Positions 18,003 to 28,487 of a stretch of DNA of 64,000 nt are shown here, piece by piece. The stretch covers positions 718,619 to 782,618 of the forward strand of contig OZ253557.1 of assembly GCA_965262755.1 (NCBI GenBank). The letters run 5' to 3'. The first letter of the stretch is position 1. Each line of letters begins with the position of its first letter. The DNA comes from Alphaproteobacteria bacterium (lineage in GTDB: Bacteria > Pseudomonadota > Alphaproteobacteria > UBA828). The position numbers were made by a program, and so were the translations under genes. The notes beneath the pieces were generated by a model. It was not told the origin of the DNA and did no database searches. It was given only the letters and a program-made list of their open reading frames with translations.

Positions 18003-21000
18003 CTACCAGCGGATCGAGCCTCGGAGCATCAGGCCGTGTTGCGGTGCTTCGTCGGCGTTGGCGGCCTCGCTGCGCGTCGCATCGAGGTTGATCTCGAAGC
18101 CCGGGCCGCCGCGCCGCGCCGAGGTCAGACGCCAGCCGAGCCGGTAGTCGCGCCCGGTGTCCGAGAGCCCGACGCCGAGATGCGGGGTGCCGGTGAAGCC
18201 GCCGCTGAACATGGCGATGCCGTAGCCCAGCTCCGCCTCCAGACGGCCCGCGCTCGCGGTCGTGTCGCCGTTGTCGTTGGCGGCGAGGCCGTCCAGGGTC
18301 TCGCGGCCCAGCAGCGCGTCCATGCCGCCGGTTGGCGAGCCGCCCCAGGACTGGCGCAGCGTCAGCGCGAGCCCCCGGTCCGTCGACGGCCGCGGGTCCC
18401 AGGCGAGGGAGGCGCTCGCGCCCCATTCGCGGAAGCCCGGCGCCTGGTGGGCGACCAGCCCGCGCGCCTTCAGATCGAGCGCGATACCCTGCTTCGGCGC
18501 CGCGAAGGCGAGCCCGCCGCCGAGGTCGACGCCGAGCCCGGTCTCGGCGTCGCCGCCGTCCAGCCGGACCCCGATCTCGAACGACGGCGTCAGCACCAGC
18601 CCCGCGGCAGCGCCGCCGGGCGCGAAGCGCCGCGAGCCCTCGATCCCGGTACGCACCAGCCACACGTCGGCGGTCGCCGCCGCGAGGTTGCCGCCCTTGG
18701 CGTCCTTCGTGGCCTCCGACGCGGTCCGCGTGAGGCGCGCATCGCCCTTCAGCGCCAGCGCCAGCCCGCCCTCCGGCGGTGGCGTCAGCACCTCGCCCCG
18801 CATCCCGGCCGCGCCCATGGCCATCGTGAGATCGGCCGTGAAGGGGCCGTCCGTCTCGCCCCCGGGCGTCAGCGTGAGCGAGCCCGCGCCGTAGCCGGCC
18901 GCCGCCCAGGCCGTGAGCCGGTCGGTCAGCGTCAGCCCGGCATAGGGCCAGACACCGGTCAGCGTCGCCTCGACCTCGCCCGCGCAGCCGCTGGCCCCGT
19001 CGCCGCCGGCGCCGGCCGTGCAGTCGCCGCCCTCGCTGTAGCCGCCCGTGCCGCGGGCATGGCCGATCGCCAGCCCCGCCGTCCAGCGTCCTGCCCCGGA
19101 CCCCGATCCGGGGGCTGCCGCCCAGTCCGCGCCCATCAGCCCCGTGGTGACCTCGCCGTCGAGCGTGAGGTCGCCCTCGCGGCCGTCGAAGCGCGAGATC
19201 GCGCCCCGGCCCCACAGCGCGGCATAGCCGCCCGCCTCGGCCGAGCCGCCGGTCAGCGCGAACGACGTCCCGGTCAGGAAGTCGCGCCCGGTCAGCTCCC
19301 GCGACTGCACGAGGTCCGCGCGCTGCGAACCCTCGCCCGGAGCACGCCATGCGCCATCGGCCCCGGCATGCGCCATCCAGTCCCGGATCGCCGTCATCGC
19401 CTCCCGGTCCCGGGCATCGGCCCGGAGCGCCCGGTCCGAAGCGTCGGCGTTGTCGCCGGCGGCGGCCTTCGCGGTGTCGTTGGCGCCGTCCCAGGACGGC
19501 AGCGCCTGGCCCGCCAGCGTCGCCCGAACGCCCGCCGTGCGCGGCGCGGCCAGCCGCGCCTCCACCACACTCAGCACCTGGTCCGTCACCGTGCGCCCGA
19601 ACCGCGCCAGCCACGCCGCCGGCATGTGGTCCGTGTTCTCGATCGTCCCCGTCGCGACCCCGTCCGCGATCACCGCACCCGTCGCCGCCGAGAGCCGCAG
19701 CGTCAGCGTCTCCTCGCCCTCGTCATGGGCGTCGTCGAGCACCGGCACCGAGACCGTCTTCGCCGTCTCGCCGGTCGCGAAGCTGAGCGTCCCGCTCGTG
19801 GCCGTGTAGTCCGAGCCCGCCGTCGCGCTGCCGTCGGCCGTCGCATAGGCCACCGACACCGGCGCGCGCGACGCCCGGCTCAAGGTCACCGCGAAGTCCA
19901 GCGTCACGTCCGACGCCTCGCGCACACGCGCATCCGCCACCGAGAGCGCCACCGGTCCCAGCACCGTCGTCGAGATCGTCGCCGACAGCGCCCGGCCGTC
20001 GCCGGTGCACACCGCCCCGGCCGTGCCGCAGGCGCGCCCGCCCGCGAGCGTCACCGTCACGTCGCCAAGCGAACCCGGCTTGACCGTCACCTTCCACAGG
20101 TCCTTGCGCCGGTCCACCCGATTGGCGTTCTTCACGCTCCCGCCGGACACCGACAACGACTGGTCGCGGAACGTCCGGAAGCCGATCGAGATGCCCTCGC
20201 TGAACGCGATCCTGAGCTTGAACGCCGTCTCCCCGTCATGCTCATGGGGCGCCTCCACGAAACTCGCCGTCAGCACCGCGGGCGCGTCCTCGTCCACCGG
20301 GCCGGCCACCGTCGCCGTCGCCGTGTTGGTCAACTGCCTACGGTCCCCGCCCCGGGTGCAGATCGCCCCGGAGACCGCGCACTCGCGCCCCGCCGCCAGC
20401 GTGACCGTCACATCGCCCTCGCCGTCGGGCTCGACCGTGATCCGCCACAGGTCGTGGCGCCGGTCCACCCGGCGCGCCCCGGTCACCTCGCCCCCGTCCA
20501 CCGTGAACGAATCGTCGCGCATCGACCGGAAGCCGATCCCGATCTCCTCGCTGAACGCCACCCGGAAGTGGAACCCTTCCTCGCCGTCATGCGCCTCAGG
20601 CAGGCCCTCGAAGCTCGCCGTCAGCGCCGGCTCGGTCTCGGGACCCGGGCCGGGCACGATGTGCGCCGGCACCACCGACAGGGCTCGGCCGTCCGATGTG
20701 CAGACCGCGCCCTCCGCCTCGCAATCCTCCGTCCGGGCCAGAGCGATCGACAGATCCTCGCGGCTGTCCGGCGTGACCGTGATCTCCCACACGCCGCTCT
20801 CCCCGTCGACGCGGGCCGCGCCGGTCGCCGCGCCGCCCGCCACCGTCAGGACGCGCGTACGCATGGCCTCGGGCGTGACCGCGACCGCCTCGCTGAACCC
20901 GAGGCGGAAGCTGAACGCGGTCTCCCCGTCGTGCGCCTCCGGCAGCCCCTCGAACGCCGCCGTCAGCGGCTCCGCAACGGCCGCCATGGAGCTCCCCGAC

Positions 21001-24000
21001 TCGTTCCAGCAGCGTACCCCCGCATCCTCGCCGTGCGAGCAGTTGTGCAGCCCCCAGCCCGCGTGCCCGCAGTGAGCCAACGGCGCCGGCAGCGCGCCCA
21101 CCGTCAGGTTGGCTTCGCCCGCCACGCACGTCATGTCGTCGACCCAGATGGGCAGCGGTCCATGCGCCGGGTAGGGGACGTCCGCCGAGTAGTAGGTCAT
21201 CTGCGGCCCGGACGTTTGGCTCTCCCCCGGCTGGCCGAAGCCCGACGCGTATTCGCCGGTGTCGTAGCCCATGGACTGGCAGACCAGGGCGGGCGCATCG
21301 TTGGCGGGTTCAGTTTCCGTGAAGGTGCCCGTTGGGTCGCCGTCCGCATCCAGGTCCGGGACGAACCTGAAGGTATTCTCCTTCGAGAAGCCGTCGCTGC
21401 ACACCGTGCCCCAGCGCTCGGCGTGGAATATCTCCACACGTCCCGCGACCCCCTCATACCCATCCGGGTGCGTGTACGGTTCCTCGTCCGTCAAGCGCAG
21501 ATCGCCCTCGACGCCCGCGTCCACGGCGCGGCGCGTCACCGTCACCGTGTAGGTCCGGGTGGTGATACCGTCCTCGGCCGTCACCTTCACCTTGATGACG
21601 TTGTCGTCCTCCTCCAGCGTCACCTGAGGGACGGTATCCGAGGTGTCGGCGTCGGTGAGCGTCACGTCGTCCCCGTCGAAATATCCGATCGTCGCCGCGG
21701 CATGGGTCGTCGTCGGCGTCACCGTCACCTCGGCGACGGCGTTCGCCACCGACCCCGTGTAGGCGGTGGTGCCCGGCGCGAAGAACGGGCTCAGCGGCAC
21801 CTCCGAACTGCCGTAGGTGACGACCAGCGCGCTCAGCGTCGCGTCCGTCGAGGTCACGCGCCGCGAGCCGTCCACCTTGTTGCCGGACAGCGCGCCGAGC
21901 TCGGCATGGGTGAGATCCGCCGCCACGGTCGTGGCCACGCTCGCGATCGTGCCGTTCTGGGGGTTCGAGTTGCGGTCGCCGACCAGCGTCCGGTCCTGGT
22001 CCCCGATCCAGATGCCGTCGTCGTCGCTGTCCCCGGTCTGCACGGTGTAGCCGAACACCAGCGTCGCCGTGCCCGAACCGCGCAGCAGCGGCGCGCGCTT
22101 GGCCCCACCGACGGACAGCACGAAGTCCGTGCCGGTCGTGGCGGTCACGGGCTCGTTGAAGATCACCGAGACCTCGATCGTCTCGCCCTCCCCGTAGGTG
22201 TCCGGCGTCGACCCGACCGACGAGGTCAGCAGCGGCGTCGACGTCACCGCCACGTCGTCGATCGTCGGCGGGGTCAGGATGGCGCTCGGCGTCACCGGCC
22301 CGTCCTCCGCGGCCGTGCTATTGCCGTCGGCGCTCACCGCGCGCAGCTCGAACGTGTAGGCCGTGCCGCCGGTCAGCCCCGTCACCGTGAAGCTGGCCTC
22401 GTTGGCCTCGCCCGGCGCGCTGTCGGCGATCTGCTTCCAGTCGTCGAGATACTCCCCGCTCGTCTTGTACTGGTACTCGTGGCGCGTCACCCCCGAACCC
22501 GACGCCGGCGCGTCCCAGGTAAGCGCCACCTGCAACTCGCCGGCCGTGGCCCTGAAATTGGTCGGCTCGTCCGGGCCCGGCCGCGCCACCCCGGAATCGT
22601 TCTTCACCGCGGGAACGCCGTCCTCGCCGGTGGTGAAGGAATCGGCGTCGTCACCGTCGCTGTCCTGGATGGCGGCCGCGTCGTCGCCGGAGGTCGGGTC
22701 GGTGTAGGTAACGGTGACGGTCTGACCCCGGTATATGACGCGATCCAAGCTTAGAAACTGGATCCGATCCGGAGTGAGGGTCGTGAGCACGATGCTGCCC
22801 ACCACGATGGACGCGCCGTCGACGCTGACCGAGAAGGCGCTCGCGGGTGGCCTAGCTGCCGCCGAACTGTCCAGGTTCTCGCTAAAGTCCAGCGCAATTC
22901 GGTCGCCGCCGAAGCCCGCCACCGCACTGCTGAGCGTCGGCGGGTCGATCGTGGTGGCGTCGGCGGTGCCGGACGCCACCGACGGGCCCCCGACGTTGAT
23001 CGCCGAAACCCGGTAGTGCCGCGTGTCGCCGGGCGAAAGCCCGGTATGCGAATAGAAGGTGTCGGTATTGCCGGTGTCGGCGACGAGGTCGTCCCAGTCC
23101 GTGCCGCCGTCCTCGGAGACCTCGATCCTGTAGCCGGTGATGGCGGAGCCGCCGTCCGACGGCGCGTCCCAGGTGAGGTCGATCTGCGTGGTCCCGCTGG
23201 CCTCGGCCACGAGGTTCGCGGGCTGGCCCGGGACCCCCAGCCGCAGCCGCAGCGTGACGTAGGGATCCGACGACCAGTCCAGGCCGGTGCGCTCCCAATT
23301 GTAGGTATTGAAAACACTTGGACCGGTCGCAGCGCTGAGCGCGAACGAGGCGCTGCCGACATGCAACACCAGTCTCGCCTTGTCGGCAGCGCTGAGCGCG
23401 CTGGTCAGGTCGAAGAACAACTTGCCGGCATTGGCGCCCGTTCCAGTCCAAACACCATCAATCGTGTAGCCGTCGAATGTCTTGTCGGACAGGTTGCCTT
23501 GAGCTGGAGCGGTTAAGAAAGGTGGAATGAATCCGTAGATTCCAGAATCTCTATTCCCCACCGTCACCACGCCGCACCATCTGTCGCCGGTGTTCAGCGT
23601 GCAGCTCGTGGCCGTGGTGCCGGAGACCACATCGGAGGCATCCGAGGTGCCCACGGCGTTGATCGCCGAAACCCGGTAGTGCCGCGTGGAGCCGGGCGCA
23701 AGCCCGGTATGCGGATAGCGCGTGTCGTCGTTGCCGGTGTCGGCGACGAGGTCGGTCCAGTTCGTACCGCCGTCCGTCGAGACCTCGATCTTGTAGCCGG
23801 TGATGGCGGAGCCGCCGTCCGACGCCGGCGCGGTCCAGGAAAGGTCGATCCGCGCGTCGCCGCTCGCCGACGCCTCCAGCCCGGTCGGCTTGCCCGGTGC
23901 GGTGCGCAGCACCGTCGAATTGTTCGCCGCCGCCCGAATGCCGTCCTCGCCGCTTGTGAAGGATTGGTATTTGTTGCCGTCCTTGTCCACGAGGCCGGCG

Positions 24001-26438
24001 GCGCTGTCGTAGCTCACGACGACGGCCTGGTCCTTGTAGATCGGGGTGGGCAAGGTGACGTCCAGAATGTTATCGCTGGCCCCCTGCATGATGCCCGTTA
24101 TCTGGCGTTCGACGCCGTCGGCGGTGACCGTGAAGGCCGCGACCGCCGCGGCCGACAGCGTCCCTGTGCCGGACGGGAATTGGGCTTCAAACTGGAGCAC
24201 GACGGTCGTTCCAATCGTCTGCACCGTCGCAACCCTAAGCGTGGGGAGTTCGCGGGTCACGGTCACGGTGTAGGTCTTCTCCGTCATCCCGTCCGGCGCC
24301 GTCACCTTCACCTTGACGGTGTTCGGGCCCACCGCCGTGGCCACCTGATGGCCTTGGGCGAGGACCGACGTGCCTGTGGTGGCGTCCTCCAGCTCCATGT
24401 CGTCCCCGTCGAAATAAGCCACCGTCGCGTCGGCATGGTTCACGGCCGGCATGAACGTGACCTGATTCTTGGTGAACGCCAGCGACACGCTGTACATCTC
24501 GATTCCGGGATCGAACGCCGGGGACAGGTCGACAGTCTCCAACGCAGTCTGGTCAAAATTCCGGACGCTAAAGATCAGCCCGCTCAGGGTCGCGTCGGCC
24601 GACAGCTGGGTCGAATCGTTGTCGACCGCGGGCACCCCGCTCGCGCCGGTGGTGAAGTCGACGACCTCGTTGCCGGCGGCGTCGTCGAGGGCATTCGTGC
24701 CGGCGGCGGACCGGTCGTAGCTGACGACGACGGCCTGGTCCTTCAGGATCCTGGACGACAGGGCGATCTGCAGGCCGCTGCTGCCGGCCGCCGCCAGGCC
24801 CGCAATCTCCACCGTGTCGCCGGCGGCGGTGACCGAGAAGGCATCCTTGAGCGCCGCCGGGATGGTCGCCGGAAGGTCGAGGTCCTCGCCGAAAGCGAGT
24901 TCGATGGCAACGCCGGACGACGCCACCGTCGCGCCGGTGAGCTCGGGCGTGTAGTCCACCTCCGTGTACGCCAGCCGCACGTCGACGGTGTCGCCCAAGT
25001 GCCAGGTCAGGCCATCGCGGTTGAACTCGAAGGACGTCTTGGTGCGCGGGTTATTAAAGGAAAAAGACCTGCTGCCGAGGTAGAGTTTAAAGTTGTTGCC
25101 GCCGAAGAAGCCGTCGGCGGGCTCGGAGCCCGGGACCTGAAGATAGAAATGCAGTTTGTTGTTGCTGAAGCCGTAGGCGAGACGGAGGAGGTACGCAGTA
25201 TTGGAGCGGTACTGGAAGCTGGACGGGTCGATGTCCCCGACCGTGGAGCCCGCTATGAACCGGTATCCGGTGATCGGATCGCCGACACCGGTGCTGCCCT
25301 TGCCGACTGTGAGGGTGGAACTCCAGGTCACGGTGCCGTCGATGGTGTCGGGGGCCGCGTGATGGGAGGGCGGGTCGGTGGTGGCGTTGGCGGTGCCGGA
25401 GGCCGAGGACGTACCGATCGAGGTGATGGTGGACACCCGGTAGTGCCGGGTGGAGGAAGGGTTGAGTCCTCCGTCGGAGTAGCGGGTGTTGCTATTGCCT
25501 GTATCGGCTTTGACGGTGAACCAGTTCGTGCTGCCGTCCCTCGAGGCCTCGATCTTGTAGCCTGTGATGGGCCGCCCGCCTGTGTCCACCGGGGCTGTCC
25601 AGTTCAGGTTGATGCCCGCCTTGCCGTTGGCCGCGGCTGACAGGCCGGTCGGCGGATCGGGGTTGACGGGGTCGGCGTCCGAGTTGTTCAACATCTCCAC
25701 GTTGGCGAACGAGGCGGCGTCGTTGCCGGCCTCGTCCTGGATGGCGATGGTGTCGTCGCCAGGGCTCGGATCGGTGTAGGAGACGGTGACGGTCTGGCCC
25801 TTGCGGATAAGGGGATCCAAGTTGCTTAGCTTGAGCTGGTTGTCATCGACCGCAAAGCTGGCACCCATGCGCGGGTGCGCATGGCCGTCGACTTTGAGGA
25901 TGACCTCCGAGCTGCGCAAGGTAATGCTAAGGTCCTCGGAGAAGGTGAGCGTGACCCCGTTGCCGCCGGACCAGACAAAGCCTCCCTCAAGAGTGGGCGG
26001 GGTGATGTCCTGCGCGTTCACCTCAGCGGCGAAGGCGAGGGCTCCGGCCAGCGACAGGCACGCGGCAGCGGCCAGCGCACGGGCGGACCGGACGAGCCCG
26101 CGCCGCGCGCCGCCGAGGCGCGCGAGACCCGCCGGCCGGGCGGCGGCGGAATAGGTCTTTGAGGAAGGAGAGCCGCCCCGGCGGGGCGGCAGGCGGTCAG
26201 GCGGCGATGGCGGGTCGGCTTGCTCCCGCGGCCGAGGCGCAGTCATGGCCTCGGCGCTCGGCGCTCGGCGCTCGGCGCTCGGCGCTCGGCGCTCGGCGCT
26301 CGGCGCTCGGCGCTCTATATTAAGGGTCGCACAGACAGCTTCCAACCACTTCGCACAATTCGATACCATTGCCGCGCCGCTCCCGGTTCGCGCCAGCCAA
26401 GTCCCCAGCGGTGGCGATGGCCATGGCAGCACCGCCAA
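18003..26438 (-). CDS. giant autotransporter-like adhesin: SwmB-like repeats, FN3 repeats, cadherin-like beta-sandwiches, SRCR, 3 Cys-containing Ig-like repeats, Calx-beta, C-terminal beta-barrel
   Basis: FN3 (LSWTAP..GGSAITGYKIEVS..TRHYRVSAIN), VSYTDP...DAAGN repeats, KVTAEDGITTRTYTVTVTR, GRVEIFH..WGTVC..NCSHGEDAGVRC, ATADGSATAGSDY, terminal ...GSIRW. Start may be 26246. Confidence 0.92.
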   Translation of the reverse strand: MAVLPWPSPPLGTWLARTGSGAAMVSNCAKWLEAVCATLNIERRAPSAERRAPSAERRAPSAEAMTAPRPREQADPPSPPDRLPPRRGGSPSSKTYSAAARPAGLARLGGARRGLVRSARALAAAACLSLAGALAFAAEVNAQDITPPTLEGGFVWSGGNGVTLTFSEDLSITLRSSEVILKVDGHAHPRMGASFAVDDNQLKLSNLDPLIRKGQTVTVSYTDPSPGDDTIAIQDEAGNDAASFANVEMLNNSDADPVNPDPPTGLSAAANGKAGINLNWTAPVDTGGRPITGYKIEASRDGSTNWFTVKADTGNSNTRYSDGGLNPSSTRHYRVSTITSIGTSSASGTANATTDPPSHHAAPDTIDGTVTWSSTLTVGKGSTGVGDPITGYRFIAGSTVGDIDPSSFQYRSNTAYLLRLAYGFSNNKLHFYLQVPGSEPADGFFGGNNFKLYLGSRSFSFNNPRTKTSFEFNRDGLTWHLGDTVDVRLAYTEVDYTPELTGATVASSGVAIELAFGEDLDLPATIPAALKDAFSVTAAGDTVEIAGLAAAGSSGLQIALSSRILKDQAVVVSYDRSAAGTNALDDAAGNEVVDFTTGASGVPAVDNDSTQLSADATLSGLIFSVRNFDQTALETVDLSPAFDPGIEMYSVSLAFTKNQVTFMPAVNHADATVAYFDGDDMELEDATTGTSVLAQGHQVATAVGPNTVKVKVTAPDGMTEKTYTVTVTRELPTLRVATVQTIGTTVVLQFEAQFPSGTGTLSAAAVAAFTVTADGVERQITGIMQGASDNILDVTLPTPIYKDQAVVVSYDSAAGLVDKDGNKYQSFTSGEDGIRAAANNSTVLRTAPGKPTGLEASASGDARIDLSWTAPASDGGSAITGYKIEVSTDGGTNWTDLVADTGNDDTRYPHTGLAPGSTRHYRVSAINAVGTSDASDVVSGTTATSCTLNTGDRWCGVVTVGNRDSGIYGFIPPFLTAPAQGNLSDKTFDGYTIDGVWTGTGANAGKLFFDLTSALSAADKARLVLHVGSASFALSAATGPSVFNTYNWERTGLDWSSDPYVTLRLRLGVPGQPANLVAEASGTTQIDLTWDAPSDGGSAITGYRIEVSEDGGTDWDDLVADTGNTDTFYSHTGLSPGDTRHYRVSAINVGGPSVASGTADATTIDPPTLSSAVAGFGGDRIALDFSENLDSSAAARPPASAFSVSVDGASIVVGSIVLTTLTPDRIQFLSLDRVIYRGQTVTVTYTDPTSGDDAAAIQDSDGDDADSFTTGEDGVPAVKNDSGVARPGPDEPTNFRATAGELQVALTWDAPASGSGVTRHEYQYKTSGEYLDDWKQIADSAPGEANEASFTVTGLTGGTAYTFELRAVSADGNSTAAEDGPVTPSAILTPPTIDDVAVTSTPLLTSSVGSTPDTYGEGETIEVSVIFNEPVTATTGTDFVLSVGGAKRAPLLRGSGTATLVFGYTVQTGDSDDDGIWIGDQDRTLVGDRNSNPQNGTIASVATTVAADLTHAELGALSGNKVDGSRRVTSTDATLSALVVTYGSSEVPLSPFFAPGTTAYTGSVANAVAEVTVTPTTTHAAATIGYFDGDDVTLTDADTSDTVPQVTLEEDDNVIKVKVTAEDGITTRTYTVTVTRRAVDAGVEGDLRLTDEEPYTHPDGYEGVAGRVEIFHAERWGTVCSDGFSKENTFRFVPDLDADGDPTGTFTETEPANDAPALVCQSMGYDTGEYASGFGQPGESQTSGPQMTYYSADVPYPAHGPLPIWVDDMTCVAGEANLTVGALPAPLAHCGHAGWGLHNCSHGEDAGVRCWNESGSSMAAVAEPLTAAFEGLPEAHDGETAFSFRLGFSEAVAVTPEAMRTRVLTVAGGAATGAARVDGESGVWEITVTPDSREDLSIALARTEDCEAEGAVCTSDGRALSVVPAHIVPGPGPETEPALTASFEGLPEAHDGEEGFHFRVAFSEEIGIGFRSMRDDSFTVDGGEVTGARRVDRRHDLWRITVEPDGEGDVTVTLAAGRECAVSGAICTRGGDRRQLTNTATATVAGPVDEDAPAVLTASFVEAPHEHDGETAFKLRIAFSEGISIGFRTFRDQSLSVSGGSVKNANRVDRRKDLWKVTVKPGSLGDVTVTLAGGRACGTAGAVCTGDGRALSATISTTVLGPVALSVADARVREASDVTLDFAVTLSRASRAPVSVAYATADGSATAGSDYTATSGTLSFATGETAKTVSVPVLDDAHDEGEETLTLRLSAATGAVIADGVATGTIENTDHMPAAWLARFGRTVTDQVLSVVEARLAAPRTAGVRATLAGQALPSWDGANDTAKAAAGDNADASDRALRADARDREAMTAIRDWMAHAGADGAWRAPGEGSQRADLVQSRELTGRDFLTGTSFALTGGSAEAGGYAALWGRGAISRFDGREGDLTLDGEVTTGLMGADWAAAPGSGSGAGRWTAGLAIGHARGTGGYSEGGDCTAGAGGDGASGCAGEVEATLTGVWPYAGLTLTDRLTAWAAAGYGAGSLTLTPGGETDGPFTADLTMAMGAAGMRGEVLTPPPEGGLALALKGDARLTRTASEATKDAKGGNLAAATADVWLVRTGIEGSRRFAPGGAAAGLVLTPSFEIGVRLDGGDAETGLGVDLGGGLAFAAPKQGIALDLKARGLVAHQAPGFREWGASASLAWDPRPSTDRGLALTLRQSWGGSPTGGMDALLGRETLDGLAANDNGDTTASAGRLEAELGYGIAMFSGGFTGTPHLGVGLSDTGRDYRLGWRLTSARRGGPGFEINLDATRSEAANADEAPQHGLMLRGSIRW
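26253..26315. repeat. tandem heptamer (GGCGCTC)x9
   Basis: Nine perfect copies, 63 bp, encoding ERRAPSA repeats in the adhesin N-terminus. Confidence 0.97.
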
Positions 26439-26725
26439 TCGGACGAATCATAGACGGCACAGGATGATTTGTGAATAAATTATTGGAGATAAACACTAAT
26501 TTGTCTAATGAACAAAATATATTATCCCAAAGGCGCCGCACCATCACCCTCCCCCGGACCTCCGCTCCTCTTTTCCAGCCACGAATGCAAGTGTAAGAGA
26601 CTGTCCGAGGTCGGCATCAGCTCCGCGACCTCACTCGAGGATACGTGTCATCCTCACAAGTACGTGCGCGCTCATTTCCCACAGCCTTCACGTCTATCGT
26701 CATTGCCAAGCAATCAGGAAGACAA

Positions 26726-27799
26726 ATGTCCAAGCGCAGAGCCGACAAGGAAACAATGCTCCTGCTGTACCAGAAGACAGGTTCGCGACTCTATGGACAC
26801 ATCCGTTTCTACAGGCACCACGTTTCCGGCAAGGCAGCCCCAACCATGCTCAAGGAAAGCCGGCCGTTCGTTATCGGCGAAACCGTTCCAGGCCTCGACC
26901 GGCTAAAAGTATTCGGAAGCGTTGAGTTCCTGGTTGGAGAAATCCGAAGATTGATAGATGAGTTTATTGACTACAACCACAAATGGTGGGCCTCCCGCGA
27001 AAAGATTTCCGATGTCCAAGTCGACTTCGATTATCATCGACATGTCATGGATTTTGTCATTCTGACTTCCACCCACACCAGAAATCTCATTCATATCATT
27101 AAGAGATTAAATGGAAATGAAATCACCAAATTCAACTATGAGGGGCGGCCTGACGGAAAAGTAAAGCTAAGTGAGCTTTTTGATATCTTGATACACAATA
27201 GGTATTACTATTTCGATGGCACTAACATCAGAGATATATTCTCCGACAAAACCACGAAAGCTTCCCCATTATCTAAACATTTCATGGGTTATGGCATTGC
27301 ACTGAACGATTTCATAAACGCTGTTCTCGAATTGATTACCGACGTAAGTATTCGAGATTTATCACAACTTCTACGATGGAAATTCAAAACGTTGAATTCA
27401 ACATCTAGTCCCCAAGACGTTGTTTTTCTTATCCAGAATTTACATTCATTCTCCCACATGATGCAGACCAAAATACCCAAAGCGGGGTACAATTTTATGA
27501 TGAACCTTATGTTTAACGGTGTTGATCTGGCAAGCATTGTAGACGAAACCGGCTCGCGGGTTCGATTGGTATTTCAATCACCGAACATTGCTATTAACAG
27601 CGATCTGACGAAGCGCGCATTCAAGATTTCTGTTCGCTATGCAGATGCCGCGGGAGGGGTGGATATGGCCGGAAACAATCTGAAAAGTCATAGCATAGAC
27701 GTGCCGTACACCGCATTTTTTGACCAGGTCAATGCCGCTTTTGGTGACGACAAATTGCTTCAAGAGCAGAAAATCACCGTCATTCCCGGCAACGACTGA
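26726..27799 (+). CDS. low-GC hypothetical protein
   Basis: Long ORF (MSKRRADKET...) with markedly AT-rich codons; CAGGAAG upstream. Confidence 0.8.
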   Translation: MSKRRADKETMLLLYQKTGSRLYGHIRFYRHHVSGKAAPTMLKESRPFVIGETVPGLDRLKVFGSVEFLVGEIRRLIDEFIDYNHKWWASREKISDVQVDFDYHRHVMDFVILTSTHTRNLIHIIKRLNGNEITKFNYEGRPDGKVKLSELFDILIHNRYYYFDGTNIRDIFSDKTTKASPLSKHFMGYGIALNDFINAVLELITDVSIRDLSQLLRWKFKTLNSTSSPQDVVFLIQNLHSFSHMMQTKIPKAGYNFMMNLMFNGVDLASIVDETGSRVRLVFQSPNIAINSDLTKRAFKISVRYADAAGGVDMAGNNLKSHSIDVPYTAFFDQVNAAFGDDKLLQEQKITVIPGND

Positions 27800-28487
27800 G
27801 CGTCTTCACGACAATCGATCGTGCGGCGATCACGTTATTTGATGGGCTTTGGTCGCTGATCGGGGCGAGGCTGGGCGGGGTGTCGCGAGGCCGTCGGCTC
27901 ACCCGCGACCGGCTCACCCACACCTCCTTCTCCGGGATCAGCGCCGCCGCCCGCTCGACCCCCACCCTCAGCACCTCGTCGTCATCCGCCAGCGACGCAT
28001 AGCTCTCGCCGTGCCGCACCCAGGGACCTATCATTGATCGAGAGGTCAGACGGCTCGTGGTCACTCCCTGAGGCTGTCGCGCGAGAAGCCGGAATTGGGT
28101 TTTCTGTTTGAGTTGGAACAGGCCCTGGCGCAGAGGGAACGGAAGCGGGCGGAGGCACCCCCATAACGGTGCGGCCGAACGATTGCGCTCGATTTCCGAT
28201 CCAATTCGCCAACACCGAACACCGCAACCGGCTTCGTGTTGAGCCGGTGATGAATATCTCAAATCAAGGAAGCGTCCTGAAATTCGTGGTGTCTTCTAAC
28301 GGATTGTTTTGTAATAATTAAATGCGCATCCCGGCTCGGTTCTTCAGAGACATCGCGATGACCGAGCAGCTTTCCGATCATAAGTGGGGTCGCAATGTTA
28401 CGACCGGCGAGGCAATTTCTGCTGCCAAAACCGAGTCATCCGGACAATCTGTGGTTCATCTCAGGACACGGATAGAACGGACGCCTC

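Noticed and set aside
17970-25640. 1594-aa and 653-aa plus-strand ORFs
   Set aside because: Antisense shadows of the giant adhesin.
27860-28260. High-GC protein-like scrap (GPWVRHGESYASLADDDEVLRVGVE...)
   Set aside because: No start or recognisable family; treated as unassigned debris.
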